Source: a virus. Taken from it: 64,000 bases of DNA. Where the stretch lies: IMG/VR virus record IMGVR_UViG_3300033146_003955, positions 1 through 64,000 of that record; one strand, given 5' to 3'. Below the pieces are notes generated by a model. The model had not been told where the DNA came from and did no database searches. It saw only the letters and a list, made by a program, of their open reading frames with translations. A program made the translations under genes and the position numbers. Shown here one piece after another: positions 1 through 9,596 of this stretch (positions are counted from its first letter, which is position 1; the number at the start of each line of letters is the position of its first letter).

Positions 1-68
1 AATATTTTGTAAAGAATAAAAAGTATGAATTATATGTAATTATCTTTAAACTAATTAAAGATAATTAT

Positions 69-305
69 ATGAAATTATTAACTGTAGAATTACGCAATTG
101 TAATCAAGACAATCTCATCTCATACAGAAAGCAATGTATAGCCACATCTCACTTTATTAATGAAGACGGGTCACAAATCAAAATAGATTTCGAATATCAT
201 ATTGAAATGGATGCTCTTAATAAAAAAACAATAACAATAATATCTGATAATCCTCATGTTGAAAAACAACTAAAGAAATGGGTAAAGGAGAATGTAAAAT
301 TATGA
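69..305 (+). CDS. Hypothetical protein, apparently leaderless
   Basis: 78-aa ORF; AAGATA at 58-63 five nt before the ATG, no SD; its 5' end is duplicated at 3143-3210. Confidence 0.6.
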   Translation: MKLLTVELRNCNQDNLISYRKQCIATSHFINEDGSQIKIDFEYHIEMDALNKKTITIISDNPHVEKQLKKWVKENVKL

Positions 306-1018
306 AAATAATACAAAAACTTCTAACTAAGAATGTTTGGTCTCGCCCTGGAAGAGTGGAAGACATTAAACCTATAAAAGCTATAGTTTTACATTGGCTA
401 GCTATGCCTCGTGGTACACCTACTGGTGTTTACAAATTCTTTGAAACTAGAAAGAAAGGTAAATCTGGTTATGGTTCTGCTCATTATTGTATTGGTATGG
501 ATGGTGATGGTCTTCAATATATTCCAGACAATGAAATGGCTTATCATGTAGGTAGTAAGGTATATACAGATTTTGGACTCTCACTCTCATCATACCCTAA
601 TAATTGTACTATAGGTATTGAAATGTCACACTTAAACTGGGAGGGCGAATTCACCGATGAAACTTGGGAATCAACTAAAAAATTAACAGCTCTTCTGTTG
701 ATGCAACATAATTTAACAGCGGAAGATATAACAACCCATATGAAAATTGTAGGTTGGAAAGATTGTCCCAGATGGTTTAAGATATTCCCAGAAGAATTAG
801 ATAGATTTAAAGGGGAAGTTAGAAAACTTTTAGTTCAAGGTATTAAGGGTGAAGTAACTGCTACATTTTTAAACGTTAGAGATGGAATAGGCGGTAAAAA
901 GTTAGGCAGTTTAAAAAAAGGAAACAAAATTACATTATTAGGCATCTATAACGGATGGTATAAAGTTGAATTTGGTAAAGAGAAAGGTTGGTGCTATTCT
1001 AAATATATAAAATTATAA
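302..1018 (+). CDS. Endolysin: N-acetylmuramoyl-L-alanine amidase (Amidase_2/PGRP fold) with C-terminal SH3b domain
   Basis: IVLHW, SAHY, AYHVG, TIGIE, H...KDCP Zn-amidase motifs; C-terminal LNVR...GWYKV...GW SH3b; GGAG SD favours ATG 302 over 278. Confidence 0.9.
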   Translation: MKIIQKLLTKNVWSRPGRVEDIKPIKAIVLHWLAMPRGTPTGVYKFFETRKKGKSGYGSAHYCIGMDGDGLQYIPDNEMAYHVGSKVYTDFGLSLSSYPNNCTIGIEMSHLNWEGEFTDETWESTKKLTALLLMQHNLTAEDITTHMKIVGWKDCPRWFKIFPEELDRFKGEVRKLLVQGIKGEVTATFLNVRDGIGGKKLGSLKKGNKITLLGIYNGWYKVEFGKEKGWCYSKYIKL

Positions 1019-1020
1019 TA

Positions 1021-1134
1021 TGGAATAAAGGCAATTGGGAAAAAGGTTATATTTATAATCCAAAAACTGGTAAACATGAATTTAGTAAATTACCACCTAA
1101 CAAATGTAAATGGAGCTTATCATATGAACAATAA
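1021..1134 (+). pseudogene. C-terminal remnant of a third W-x-x-G-x repeat gene
   Basis: Reads WNKGNWEKGYIYNPKTGKHEFSKLPPNKCKWSLSYEQ*, matching the C-termini of the next two genes, with no start codon. Confidence 0.75.
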
Positions 1135-1612
1135 AGATTTAATAAAAACTATATTTACTCATCCTTATATAAACAAAAAATTATGGATATTCAAAGCTGA
1201 TGTAGATTGGAGTAAAACTGAGGTTGAAATAGATAAAGATGATGATAATTATATAAAATGGAAAAATGGTCAATGGAATAATGGTACTTGGAACGATGGA
1301 GTTTGGTATAATGGTTATTGGTATGATGGTACTTGGCAAGATGGTGAATGGTATGATGGTTATTGGATGAATGGTACATGGCAAAATGGTAATTGGCAAA
1401 ATGGTAGTTGGAATAATGGTACATGGCATGATGGAGTTTGGAAATCTGGTAGTTGGTATGATGGTATTTGGGAAAATGGTACTTGGTTAAATGGTACATG
1501 GCATGAAGGAACTTGGTTAAAAAGTAAAATTTATAATCCAAAAACTGGTAAACATGAACTTAGTAATTTACCACCTAATGAATGTAAATGGAGCTTAAGT
1601 TATGGACAATAA
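1124..1612 (+). CDS. Trp-rich pentapeptide (W-x-x-G-x)18 repeat protein, probable beta-solenoid
   Basis: 18 tandem repeats; GGAG SD before ATG 1124; paralog of 1602..2168. Confidence 0.8.
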   Translation: MNNKDLIKTIFTHPYINKKLWIFKADVDWSKTEVEIDKDDDNYIKWKNGQWNNGTWNDGVWYNGYWYDGTWQDGEWYDGYWMNGTWQNGNWQNGSWNNGTWHDGVWKSGSWYDGIWENGTWLNGTWHEGTWLKSKIYNPKTGKHELSNLPPNECKWSLSYGQ

Positions 1613-2168
1613 ACATAAATTAATTATTGATATTTTCGTTCATCCATATATAGATAAAAAATTATGGATATTTAAAGCTAATACTGATTGGAATAAGACT
1701 GAAGTTGAAATAGATAAAGATGATAATAAATATATAGTATGGAATAATGGTATATGGAATAATGGTACATGGCAAGATGGTTATTGGTATTTTGGCACTT
1801 GGCATGGTGGTACATGGTATGATGGTGACTGGGGTGATGGTATTTGGCATAATGGTAATTGGTATGATGGTTATTGGATGAATGGTACATGGCAAGATGG
1901 TACTTGGGAAAATGGTTTTTGGTATAATGGTACATGGAAGAATGGAGTTTGGAAATATGGCACTTGGCAGGATGGTGCATGGTATGATGGTAAATGGATG
2001 AATGGTAGTTGGGAAGATGGCACATGGATGAATGGTAGTTGGCATGATGGAACTTGGATTAATGGTATTTGGATAAAAGGCAATATTTATAATCCCAAAA
2101 CAAACAAATATGAACCTAGCATAGTATCGCCTAATAAGTGCAAATGGAGCTTATCATATGGAAGATAA
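1602..2168 (+). CDS. Trp-rich pentapeptide (W-x-x-G-x)23 repeat protein
   Basis: 23 tandem repeats; near-identical N- and C-terminal caps to the upstream paralog. Confidence 0.8.
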   Translation: MDNKHKLIIDIFVHPYIDKKLWIFKANTDWNKTEVEIDKDDNKYIVWNNGIWNNGTWQDGYWYFGTWHGGTWYDGDWGDGIWHNGNWYDGYWMNGTWQDGTWENGFWYNGTWKNGVWKYGTWQDGAWYDGKWMNGSWEDGTWMNGSWHDGTWINGIWIKGNIYNPKTNKYEPSIVSPNKCKWSLSYGR

Positions 2169-2475
2169 TATATTAAATAAATTTTTTCATTCGTATGATA
2201 AATCTATAGATAGTGATAAATATTTATATAATCAAATTGATTATGTTATATCAGAAGCACCTAAAAAAAATAAAATTATAAAACATTACATTTATATAGT
2301 TTATGATTTAGATGATAATTTATGTGTTGGTCCATATCTAGACGCTATAGATACCTTTTTATCATCAACAAAAATATCTTCTTCAGTATTAGATGATAAA
2401 ATTAAATACTCTTTTATTAAATATATTTTTGATAATGTAGACAAAATAAATAAAGTAATTAATAAATGGAATTAA
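2158..2475 (+). CDS. Hypothetical protein (IxxIF motif FIKYIF)
   Basis: Overlapping start with GGAG SD in the same junction sequence as the repeat genes. Confidence 0.6.
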   Translation: MEDNILNKFFHSYDKSIDSDKYLYNQIDYVISEAPKKNKIIKHYIYIVYDLDDNLCVGPYLDAIDTFLSSTKISSSVLDDKIKYSFIKYIFDNVDKINKVINKWN

Positions 2476-2641
2476 TATAATCATTCTTTTTGGTTGTTTT
2501 AGTAAATTATATAAATGTAAAGATAGAAAATAATCATTATGAAATAATTAAGCCTATAATAGGAATAATGTAAAATAGATTCAATGATTAAATAATTTTG
2601 AAATATATAAAAATTTCGATACAATAATTAATGATATAAAT

Positions 2642-3055
2642 TTGTTAAAAGAGTACGCTTCATTATATCTTATAATTGATTTTATACAGAAAAGCTTTTA
2701 TAATAAATATACAACTTTTGATAAATTATGGAAAGAATTGATAATAAGAGATCCAGAACCAGAGTTTAGAGTTATAATGAGAGATGCAATACCTTACGCT
2801 GAAAAAGGCAATTATAAAAAAGCTCTTGAACTGATGAAAACTCCGGATCACCAAGTACAAAAAATGATTGATATAGGATATACAGATATAGAAATAATAC
2901 ATAAAATATTGTTAAGTTATTATTTTTATAAAATGAAGTTAGAATATAGAAACAATATTGATGTTTTAAAAACGTATAATATTTTAAATAATTATATAAA
3001 TAACAATATAGAATCATTTAACAATTATTTGCGCACTAAGATTAATACTCATTAA
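2642..3055 (+). CDS. Hypothetical protein
   Basis: 137-aa ORF, TTG start, start uncertain. Confidence 0.45.
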   Translation: MLKEYASLYLIIDFIQKSFYNKYTTFDKLWKELIIRDPEPEFRVIMRDAIPYAEKGNYKKALELMKTPDHQVQKMIDIGYTDIEIIHKILLSYYFYKMKLEYRNNIDVLKTYNILNNYINNNIESFNNYLRTKINTH

Positions 3056-3085
3056 AAGTAACAAAATAATTATAATTTTTTTCAT
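3014..3085 (-). pseudogene. Truncated secreted-protein gene (signal peptide only)
   Basis: AAGGAG SD then MKKIIIILLLLMSINLSAQIIVK*; same promoter type as the lipoprotein at 27355. Confidence 0.55.
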
Positions 3086-3104
3086 TTCTACTCCTTGATA
3101 ATAT

Positions 3105-3135
3105 AATTATACCATATTTAATCAATTATCCAAAA
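3105..3135 (-). promoter_or_regulatory. Sigma70-like promoter TTTTGGATA...TGGTATAAT
   Basis: Near-identical elements at 27405-27435 (-) and 59243-59272 (+). Confidence 0.6.
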
Positions 3136-3153
3136 TTATATTAAGATAATAGT

Positions 3154-3222
3154 ATGAAATTATTAACTGTTGAGTTACGTAAATGTGACCAAGACAGCCT
3201 GATCACATATATAAAATTATAA
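3154..3222 (+). pseudogene. Deletion-fusion remnant of ORF 69 and the endolysin 3' end
   Basis: MKLLTVELRKCDQDSLIT joined to YIKL*; 22-nt identity of 3207-3228 with 1003-1024. Confidence 0.7.
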
Positions 3223-3296
3223 TATGGATATACTATCTCTTGAAGATGTAAAAAATATCTAATATACATCTTTGAAGTGTATAATTACTTTACGGA

Positions 3297-3548
3297 GTGA
3301 AAATGAAAGAATATATAGGTAAGTGGATACGTAAAAAGTCTTCGACTACAGTATATTACATATTAGGTGTAATCGGCGGGGAAGTAATAAGTATTATTAA
3401 AGACAACGCTTGGTCATCAAATATAGCTATATATATAAGAGATGTAAAAAGTTTCGATGATGTTATCGTAGAGAACGATATATCAAATAATTTTGACGAA
3501 AAAAAGGTTATAGAGCGTATATTTATAGATGCTGCATTCATATGGTGA
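3297..3548 (+). CDS. Hypothetical protein (KVIERIF motif)
   Basis: ORF with GGAG SD (probable start 3303). Confidence 0.6.
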   Translation: MKMKEYIGKWIRKKSSTTVYYILGVIGGEVISIIKDNAWSSNIAIYIRDVKSFDDVIVENDISNNFDEKKVIERIFIDAAFIW

Positions 3549-3610
3549 ACGCATATTCATTCTATGAAGAGTGTCTTCATCATATGAACGCTGGCGTTCA
3601 CGGGATGAAC
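3537..3610. repeat. Four tandem TTCA-N5-TGAA palindromes followed by an AT-rich tract
   Basis: Units start at 3537, 3556, 3576 and 3597. Confidence 0.7.
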
Positions 3611-3688
3611 CGATAAATATATAATAAATAGATCTTATATAAACATAATACTACTATAGGATTTTACATTATTATAGGAGTTTACATT

Positions 3689-4174
3689 ATGAGAAAAGAA
3701 GAAAAATTAATATCAGACTGCTTTACATATGATCTATATGATTATGTAAATCTTGAAGGTGAGAATATTAAACCTTATCTTGATATGGTTGAAAATTGGT
3801 TTGAAGTAAAACGCATTCTATTAGGCAATCCTATACGTGTTAATGGTAAGAATTATATACCTAAAAGATTTGATCTCCAAATGTTAGAAGTTGATGCAAT
3901 GATAGAATTGCTTGATGGTTCTATGCATTTCACTGGTGCAGTATATCTTAGAGGTTTTGATGATCCTATAGCTTTATTCATTGATACTAAAAATTTTAAA
4001 GTATATGATGTATCTGGAGCAAATATGGGAGGTCATGAAGATCTCCCTGAGGATTTTGAATTGTTAATGATTGATAATGATAAATTAATTGCATCCGTTA
4101 ATACAAAATCTATTCCCACAGGTCCTAATTCAACAGGAACAAAATATGGAAAAAGATACAAAGGAAGTATATAA
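3689..4174 (+). CDS. Hypothetical protein
   Basis: AGGAG SD; 161 aa. Confidence 0.7.
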   Translation: MRKEEKLISDCFTYDLYDYVNLEGENIKPYLDMVENWFEVKRILLGNPIRVNGKNYIPKRFDLQMLEVDAMIELLDGSMHFTGAVYLRGFDDPIALFIDTKNFKVYDVSGANMGGHEDLPEDFELLMIDNDKLIASVNTKSIPTGPNSTGTKYGKRYKGSI

Positions 4175-4473
4175 TGCATTGCGAATTATGGGCTTATGGT
4201 ACAAGATTAGTTGTAACTCCTCAAGATGGCGAATTTGGTTTAGTTATTGGATATGATCCATCTATGGAACAAATACCAGGTATGGATAGAGGTGGACCAT
4301 ATGCAGCTAAAGAATTAACTCTCCAAAGTGTCAATCATGACAGACCAGGTTTCGGTTGGAAGGAATACGGGTGGGATAAACTTCCGTTTAATATACCAAG
4401 CAAATACGCTTCGATTTTATTAACATTCCTATTTGACTATGGTAAATTTGTTGATAAGGTGAATAAAAAATGA
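4174..4473 (+). CDS. Hypothetical protein (ILLTFLF motif)
   Basis: TAATG coupling to the upstream gene. Confidence 0.6.
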   Translation: MHCELWAYGTRLVVTPQDGEFGLVIGYDPSMEQIPGMDRGGPYAAKELTLQSVNHDRPGFGWKEYGWDKLPFNIPSKYASILLTFLFDYGKFVDKVNKK

Positions 4474-4778
4474 TTGAATCCTTCTTTTGGTATAATCAAA
4501 AAACGAAAACATATCACTATACTCAAATAATAGAAGAAGTTGATACCAATATATTTAGAGTTTTAGAATTTATAATTTATGGCGATGTAATATATGAAAA
4601 TCATACAACATACGCAATCAATGCTATTGAGAGGCAAAAGGCCCTAAAGATTGAAAACATTGGATTTATTAAAGCTGTTATAGGTAATTTATTTGGCGAT
4701 GGAAAGTTTAAATATACTATTCTCAATGATACAGATGAAGCGAAAGGTGTGTACTCGGAGACTATATATGAAAGGTAA
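4470..4778 (+). CDS. Hypothetical protein, paralog of next ORF
   Basis: ATGA coupling; shares WY..Y.YT.I...V.E..I....I...HT.Y...LF...KF.Y pattern with the next ORF. Confidence 0.65.
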   Translation: MIESFFWYNQKTKTYHYTQIIEEVDTNIFRVLEFIIYGDVIYENHTTYAINAIERQKALKIENIGFIKAVIGNLFGDGKFKYTILNDTDEAKGVYSETIYER

Positions 4779-5076
4779 TATATACTGGTATGATATGCAA
4801 TTTTCTAATTATATATATACTGAAATTGTAGGTATGGATAGTGATGGATATGAGGTATATGAATATAAAATAAGTAAGGGTAATATACATGCCATACATA
4901 CGATATACAGTGAGAGTATGATAGATAGAGTAATTGATAAATCAGTTGATAGAAGGGGTGGTTTTAGAGATGCTTTTGCCATTCTATTTGATGCGCCAAA
5001 ATTTACTTATATTAAATTTGAAGACCTTGACGGTATATCAAATATAGATGTAGTAATAGATAGGACGGGAGATTAA
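4768..5076 (+). CDS. Hypothetical protein, paralog of previous ORF
   Basis: GGAG SD before ATG 4768 (ORF track start 4693 is probably too long). Confidence 0.65.
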   Translation: MKGNIYWYDMQFSNYIYTEIVGMDSDGYEVYEYKISKGNIHAIHTIYSESMIDRVIDKSVDRRGGFRDAFAILFDAPKFTYIKFEDLDGISNIDVVIDRTGD

Positions 5077-5685
5077 ATGTCAGAATCTCATAATCATGAA
5101 GTACTTAAACTCAAAGCAATTGAATTTTTGTACCAAGTGAAAAAGTGCAAACTCGTTGCAACAGAATTTTCTTTTGGACAGTATATCTACGATGTTATTG
5201 GAACTGACTTCAAACGTATTTATATAATAGAAGCTAAACAGGCTAAAGCGGATTTTAAAAGAGATTGCAATTCTCCGCAAGATATAAGAAAGAATGTTAA
5301 TGATTTTAAGAAACTTTTAAGAGAGAGTGGAGATACTAAATATATAGACCTAATAGCTAAGGAGAAAAGGAAGAGTACTAAATTTTATAATAAAGCTGTA
5401 TTTAAATTAGCTAACGAATGTTATATTATAGCTCCCGATGAATTAGTTGAAGAAGATGAAGTACCCCCGGAATGGGGACTCCTTAATGAAGAGCCAAGAA
5501 CCATAAAGAAATGTACCAATAGGAAGGTAGCAACTAAATGGATCACACGAGTTGTGGGAGAAATAGGGAAAAAACATACAAAATTGTACTTAAAAAGTAT
5601 AGGTGTTGAATTTCATGGAAGGAAGGTAATTTTCCCAGAACACTACCTTTTAGATAAAGATGAACAAATAAAGGAAGAAGAATAG
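5077..5685 (+). CDS. PD-(D/E)xK nuclease-fold protein (MmcB-like)
   Basis: H..LK..A, EF...YDVIG...IIEAKQAKADFKRD, and CYIIAP...E.P..WGLL pattern. Confidence 0.6.
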   Translation: MSESHNHEVLKLKAIEFLYQVKKCKLVATEFSFGQYIYDVIGTDFKRIYIIEAKQAKADFKRDCNSPQDIRKNVNDFKKLLRESGDTKYIDLIAKEKRKSTKFYNKAVFKLANECYIIAPDELVEEDEVPPEWGLLNEEPRTIKKCTNRKVATKWITRVVGEIGKKHTKLYLKSIGVEFHGRKVIFPEHYLLDKDEQIKEEE

Positions 5686-5933
5686 TGGTTGAGATGTTTA
5701 AGATATATAGAATACAGAGTAAAAATTATACAATCCCTATATATACTGAAAATTTTTATATTTATATAATTGAGGTACCAGGGAGTGTAGATTTAGCCTT
5801 GAAAGAGAAGGTTATTAGACGTCCTCCATACACAGATGATGTTAGTATCTATGAGACATCATTTGATAAACTTACAAATGGCCAAAGAATTAAAGTAATA
5901 GAAGCAGTATTCGGGAGTTTAAGATGGAAATGA
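5685..5933 (+). CDS. Hypothetical protein (KVIEAVF motif)
   Basis: Overlapping operon ORF. Confidence 0.55.
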   Translation: MVEMFKIYRIQSKNYTIPIYTENFYIYIIEVPGSVDLALKEKVIRRPPYTDDVSIYETSFDKLTNGQRIKVIEAVFGSLRWK

Positions 5934-6187
5934 GAAAAAGGATAACACAAACATTTGAACAATACGGATATGTTATGGTAGAATCATGTGAACCAGATAA
6001 TTCAGAATTATTAAATGATATTAAAACTTTTAATTTAGAATTTATAAATATGAATAATGGTTTTGATTGCTCTGAATATAAAATACAGGGTCTCCGCATG
6101 GATATTAAAGATATACTGAATATGCATTGGGGTAATAGTGAAGAGTATTTAGAAGAATTTGTAAATATTTCAAAGGGTGAAAAATGA
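5924..6187 (+). CDS. Hypothetical protein
   Basis: Overlapping operon ORF with SD. Confidence 0.55.
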   Translation: MEMRKRITQTFEQYGYVMVESCEPDNSELLNDIKTFNLEFINMNNGFDCSEYKIQGLRMDIKDILNMHWGNSEEYLEEFVNISKGEK

Positions 6188-6435
6188 TAGTTAGAAAACA
6201 AATAAAATATTTATTCTCTCACCCTAAAGAAGCTATGAGAAGTGGTTTATGGTTTTCTGGTGTGGAGAAGGAAGGTGAATTCAAACTCTGGTGGAATAAT
6301 GGTAATCTTAGAATGCACTATTTCTACAAAGATGGTAGAGAGCATGGTCCTTATAAAGAGTGGAATAGGAGTGGTAAATTAAGAGCATACGGTACATATA
6401 ACGAAGGCGAAATAGTTGAGGAGTTTTTAATATGA
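6184..6435 (+). CDS. MORN-variant repeat protein
   Basis: EGEFKLWWNNGNLR / HGPYKEWNRSGKLR repeats. Confidence 0.7.
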   Translation: MIVRKQIKYLFSHPKEAMRSGLWFSGVEKEGEFKLWWNNGNLRMHYFYKDGREHGPYKEWNRSGKLRAYGTYNEGEIVEEFLI

Positions 6436-6686
6436 CATATAGACAAGAGGCTATTGCAGATATATTTGCTTCATATACATTAGGTCTTACCAGAGGTTTT
6501 TGGCTTGATGAAATTGATCATGGAAAATATTTATATTATGGTGGTGGTATATTAAGAAAAGAATGTGAATATGATTACCTAGGTAATTTAGTAGGAGAGT
6601 ATAAAGCTTGGGATAATAAAGGTAGATTAACTATTCATCAAATATATAAAAATGGTAATGCAGTGAGGACATATGACACAGAATAA
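6432..6686 (+). CDS. MORN-variant repeat protein
   Basis: VGEYKAWDNKGRL...YKNG. Confidence 0.6.
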   Translation: MTYRQEAIADIFASYTLGLTRGFWLDEIDHGKYLYYGGGILRKECEYDYLGNLVGEYKAWDNKGRLTIHQIYKNGNAVRTYDTE

Positions 6687-6900
6687 TTTAATGTTTTGGA
6701 ATTGTTATGCGGAAGATGATTTTATAAACATTCCAGTGAGACAGGAGAATAATTATATTATTTATTATATGTTAGATAAACATAATATTCATGTTAGACG
6801 TTCAAATTTAGATGAACCTTGGGATTCTAATGATATTATAGAAGATAATAAAGTTATTACGTATATATTCGAAAGTAAGTTTACAAGTTTTATACAATGA
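6673..6900 (+). CDS. Hypothetical protein (KVITYIF motif)
   Basis: GAGG SD, overlapping ORF. Confidence 0.55.
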   Translation: MTQNNLMFWNCYAEDDFINIPVRQENNYIIYYMLDKHNIHVRRSNLDEPWDSNDIIEDNKVITYIFESKFTSFIQ

Positions 6901-7448
6901 CTCTTCCGGATCGACTTTTATTTGGTCAATTTTTAATAGATAATAAAAAAACATCACCAGCTATTTTAGAAAAAGCGTTAGAAATTCAGAAGATTGAACA
7001 TATGAGTGATACGCCTAGAATGCTTGGTAATATCCTTCTTAATGATTTTAAAACCTTTAAGGATAGGGTGGAACTACAACATTGTTTAAGAGATTTTGAT
7101 ACTTTCCAATTGGAAATGAAAAATATATTTCTTGAGGCTAAAAAGTATGGTGCGGACCCTGTAGACAAATTGCAGCAAGAATATGCAGATCTCTTAGAAG
7201 AGTTGGAAGCTGCACCAACAGCTAAAATACGTGAAGCAATAATAAGAATTGAGAAATTCAGAGTTGATATTAAAAGTGTTAAACGTCTCAAAAAAGAGAA
7301 TGAAACGCTTATAAAAGATAATGAGGCTAAATACTATGAAATAGAAAAGTTAAAATATAAGGTGGAATCATTAAATAATAATCTTAAGAAAAAAGATAAT
7401 AGTATTAAGAAATATGAACGTTTTTTACGAGATAAAGGTTGGGGATAA
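6897..7448 (+). CDS. MshEN-like (c-di-GMP-binding) domain plus coiled coil
   Basis: RLLFGQFLI.....S...LEKALEIQ followed by RMLGNILL......ELQHCL, two tandem MshEN-like motifs. Confidence 0.55.
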   Translation: MTLPDRLLFGQFLIDNKKTSPAILEKALEIQKIEHMSDTPRMLGNILLNDFKTFKDRVELQHCLRDFDTFQLEMKNIFLEAKKYGADPVDKLQQEYADLLEELEAAPTAKIREAIIRIEKFRVDIKSVKRLKKENETLIKDNEAKYYEIEKLKYKVESLNNNLKKKDNSIKKYERFLRDKGWG

Positions 7449-9089
7449 TGGTTAAATATTATAAAACATATTCAGAAGAAGATCAATATCTTTTATATGA
7501 CTTTAATAATGATTACGGTTTCTTTTTTAATAAATGGGGCGTTTTTGGATATACAGAAGGACAAAGTTATTTGTGTGATTTGAATGTTTCTTTTGACGAC
7601 TTTTATATTAATTTTGAGAAATCTATTGAAAGTAAACGGAAATCTAAAGCCCAAAGAAAATTGTTGAAGAGTATAATATGATTTTTGAAATATGTGAGGT
7701 ATATGGAGATTTAGTAATTAAACTGTATAATTTGTTACCGCAAAGTGATGTGCATGGCCATGGTTTTTGGTTTGGTTCAAGTCATATGTGGTCTTATACT
7801 GGTTTAGGTGTCGGCGGCGAAAAGTATAGCGAAGACGAAGTTGATCCTAATTTTCTAAAAGCAGCATTAGTAGAGTTATTCGAGCAAGATGATATGCAGC
7901 GATTGATAAATGATTTTTATGCATTTGAGGCTAAAAAATGAAGTTGAGTAATATAGAAATAGGTGATATAATAATTACTAAATATTCTAAACCACAAAGT
8001 GGTATAGCGGGTCATGCCTATATACATCTTTATAACGAAAAGTTTCTTCATGTGGCTAGTATTGATGCTTATGAAGATTGGCATGAAATGCTTAGTAATT
8101 TTTCTTATGTATGGGATCAGTTAACTACGTCTCATAGTATAGAGAAAGGAACAGTAGAGAAAGTGACTAAGCGAAAATTACATATAGCTGTTATGAAAAT
8201 ATTTGAACCAACGAGAGTTAAATGAAATTAAGAGATTTAAAGCCTGGTACTGTATTTATGTTAACTGTTAACACTTATAACAGGTTAAATAAGTTTGCAC
8301 TTTCTCGTTGTCTATATGAGAGAAATATAGGTACAAAATCTATAGTGTGGATATGGGTGGCTAATAGTAGTCAAAAAGTTCATAGACTTTCACTTGGCAA
8401 CAATACTTTAGTAAAAGAGATATTGAAAGAACATTATGTTCAGAAATTAATTGATATATTATTTAAGTCAGGTTTATACACAGATTATTATGTAAAAGAT
8501 GAAGAAATTGATTTCCGGGAAGGAAGATAGTATATGGTATATGTAAAAATAAAAGACATCCCGGATGGTACGTTCTTTGATTATGACATTGAGAAAGCAA
8601 GAATTAAATTTGGTGCCGTTTGTAGCACTAGAGACATATTTTTTAAAATGGGTGAACATGATAAGAATAATTGTAGAGTAATACACTTTACTCAACGATG
8701 GGGGGTGCAATGGAAGTATCTATGGGTAAACAAACTAAAGTGTATAAATCACGGAGAGATAATCTCTCACATACAGTTATTGAAAGAATATTCATGGATA
8801 AATATAATTATAGCGTGAGTAGAGGACTTCAATGAATTGGAAATATGATACATGGTATAAAGAAAAAACTAAAGCTGTTACAGATTGGAGTTATTCTATA
8901 TTTCTCGACCTCTATGGCAAAGTTTTCATAATAACAGTAAATCCTTACAGTGTTAGAACCTTCCAATATAATAAAGATGAATTCATCCCAGATGATGATA
9001 TTGATCACGAAGTTACAAGTCAACATGATTTGATATGGCTCAATAGAATATCTTCAAGTGGTTTATTTATTGATTGGGAAAAACTATAA
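7439..9089 (+). CDS. Run of six small hypothetical genes (7439-7681, 7678-7941, 7938-8225, 8222-8530, 8534-8818, 8832-9089)
   Basis: ATGA-type overlaps or short gaps; most carry a C-terminal hIxxIF-like helix. Confidence 0.6.
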
Positions 9090-9155
9090 CAATAACATAT
9101 AATCTTACAAGATAACTTTAAATACTCAAATTGCTGCAAAGCAAATCTTAAGGAA

Positions 9156-9596
9156 TTGAGAATGGAGTTCAAAAAAGTACTGAATGAATCGTATCCCAGA
9201 TATACTCTACGCTATAAAAGCGTCAATCCAGGATATGAATTGCATGATAGTAAACCTTACATAATTGCTCTTGATCAGAAGTATAACACTGACGATAAGG
9301 GTTCCTCCATTCTAGCTTTAAACCTAAATTACCACGACGGAAACGTCGAAGACCTGATAGACCAAATAAATGCATTTGATAACGCTTCGGGGTTTAAAGG
9401 TTTTGAAGGGAAATTGAGCGTTAAAAAATTTCTCAAACAGAAAAATGTAGAAGAGTATGAGGTTAGGAAAAGAAAAAAACGTTATAACGAATTAATAGCA
9501 CAATTTCCTTTCCTTAAGAAATATATTAGAAGGTATAAATATAGCGGACCTAAAGGTACTGGTATCCAGAGTAAGAACCGGAGATTTAAGAAATGA
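9156..9596 (+). CDS. Possible T4 gp2-like DNA end protector
   Basis: D..PYII...ILALNLNY and terminal IRRY resemble gp2-family motifs; N-terminal VLNE; AAGATA at 9109. Confidence 0.4.
   Translation: MRMEFKKVLNESYPRYTLRYKSVNPGYELHDSKPYIIALDQKYNTDDKGSSILALNLNYHDGNVEDLIDQINAFDNASGFKGFEGKLSVKKFLKQKNVEEYEVRKRKKRYNELIAQFPFLKKYIRRYKYSGPKGTGIQSKNRRFKK

Noticed and set aside
1181-2083. Minus-strand His/Pro/Ile-rich ORFs
   Set aside because: Antisense shadows of the 15-bp W-x-x-G-x repeats; no SD or promoter
1124-2168. Diversity-generating retroelement TR/VR pair
   Set aside because: Both copies are coding, differences are not adenine-specific, and no reverse transcriptase is in the window
3537-3610. 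Mini CRISPR array
   Set aside because: Repeats of 13 bp and spacers of 6-8 bp are far too short; no cas genes
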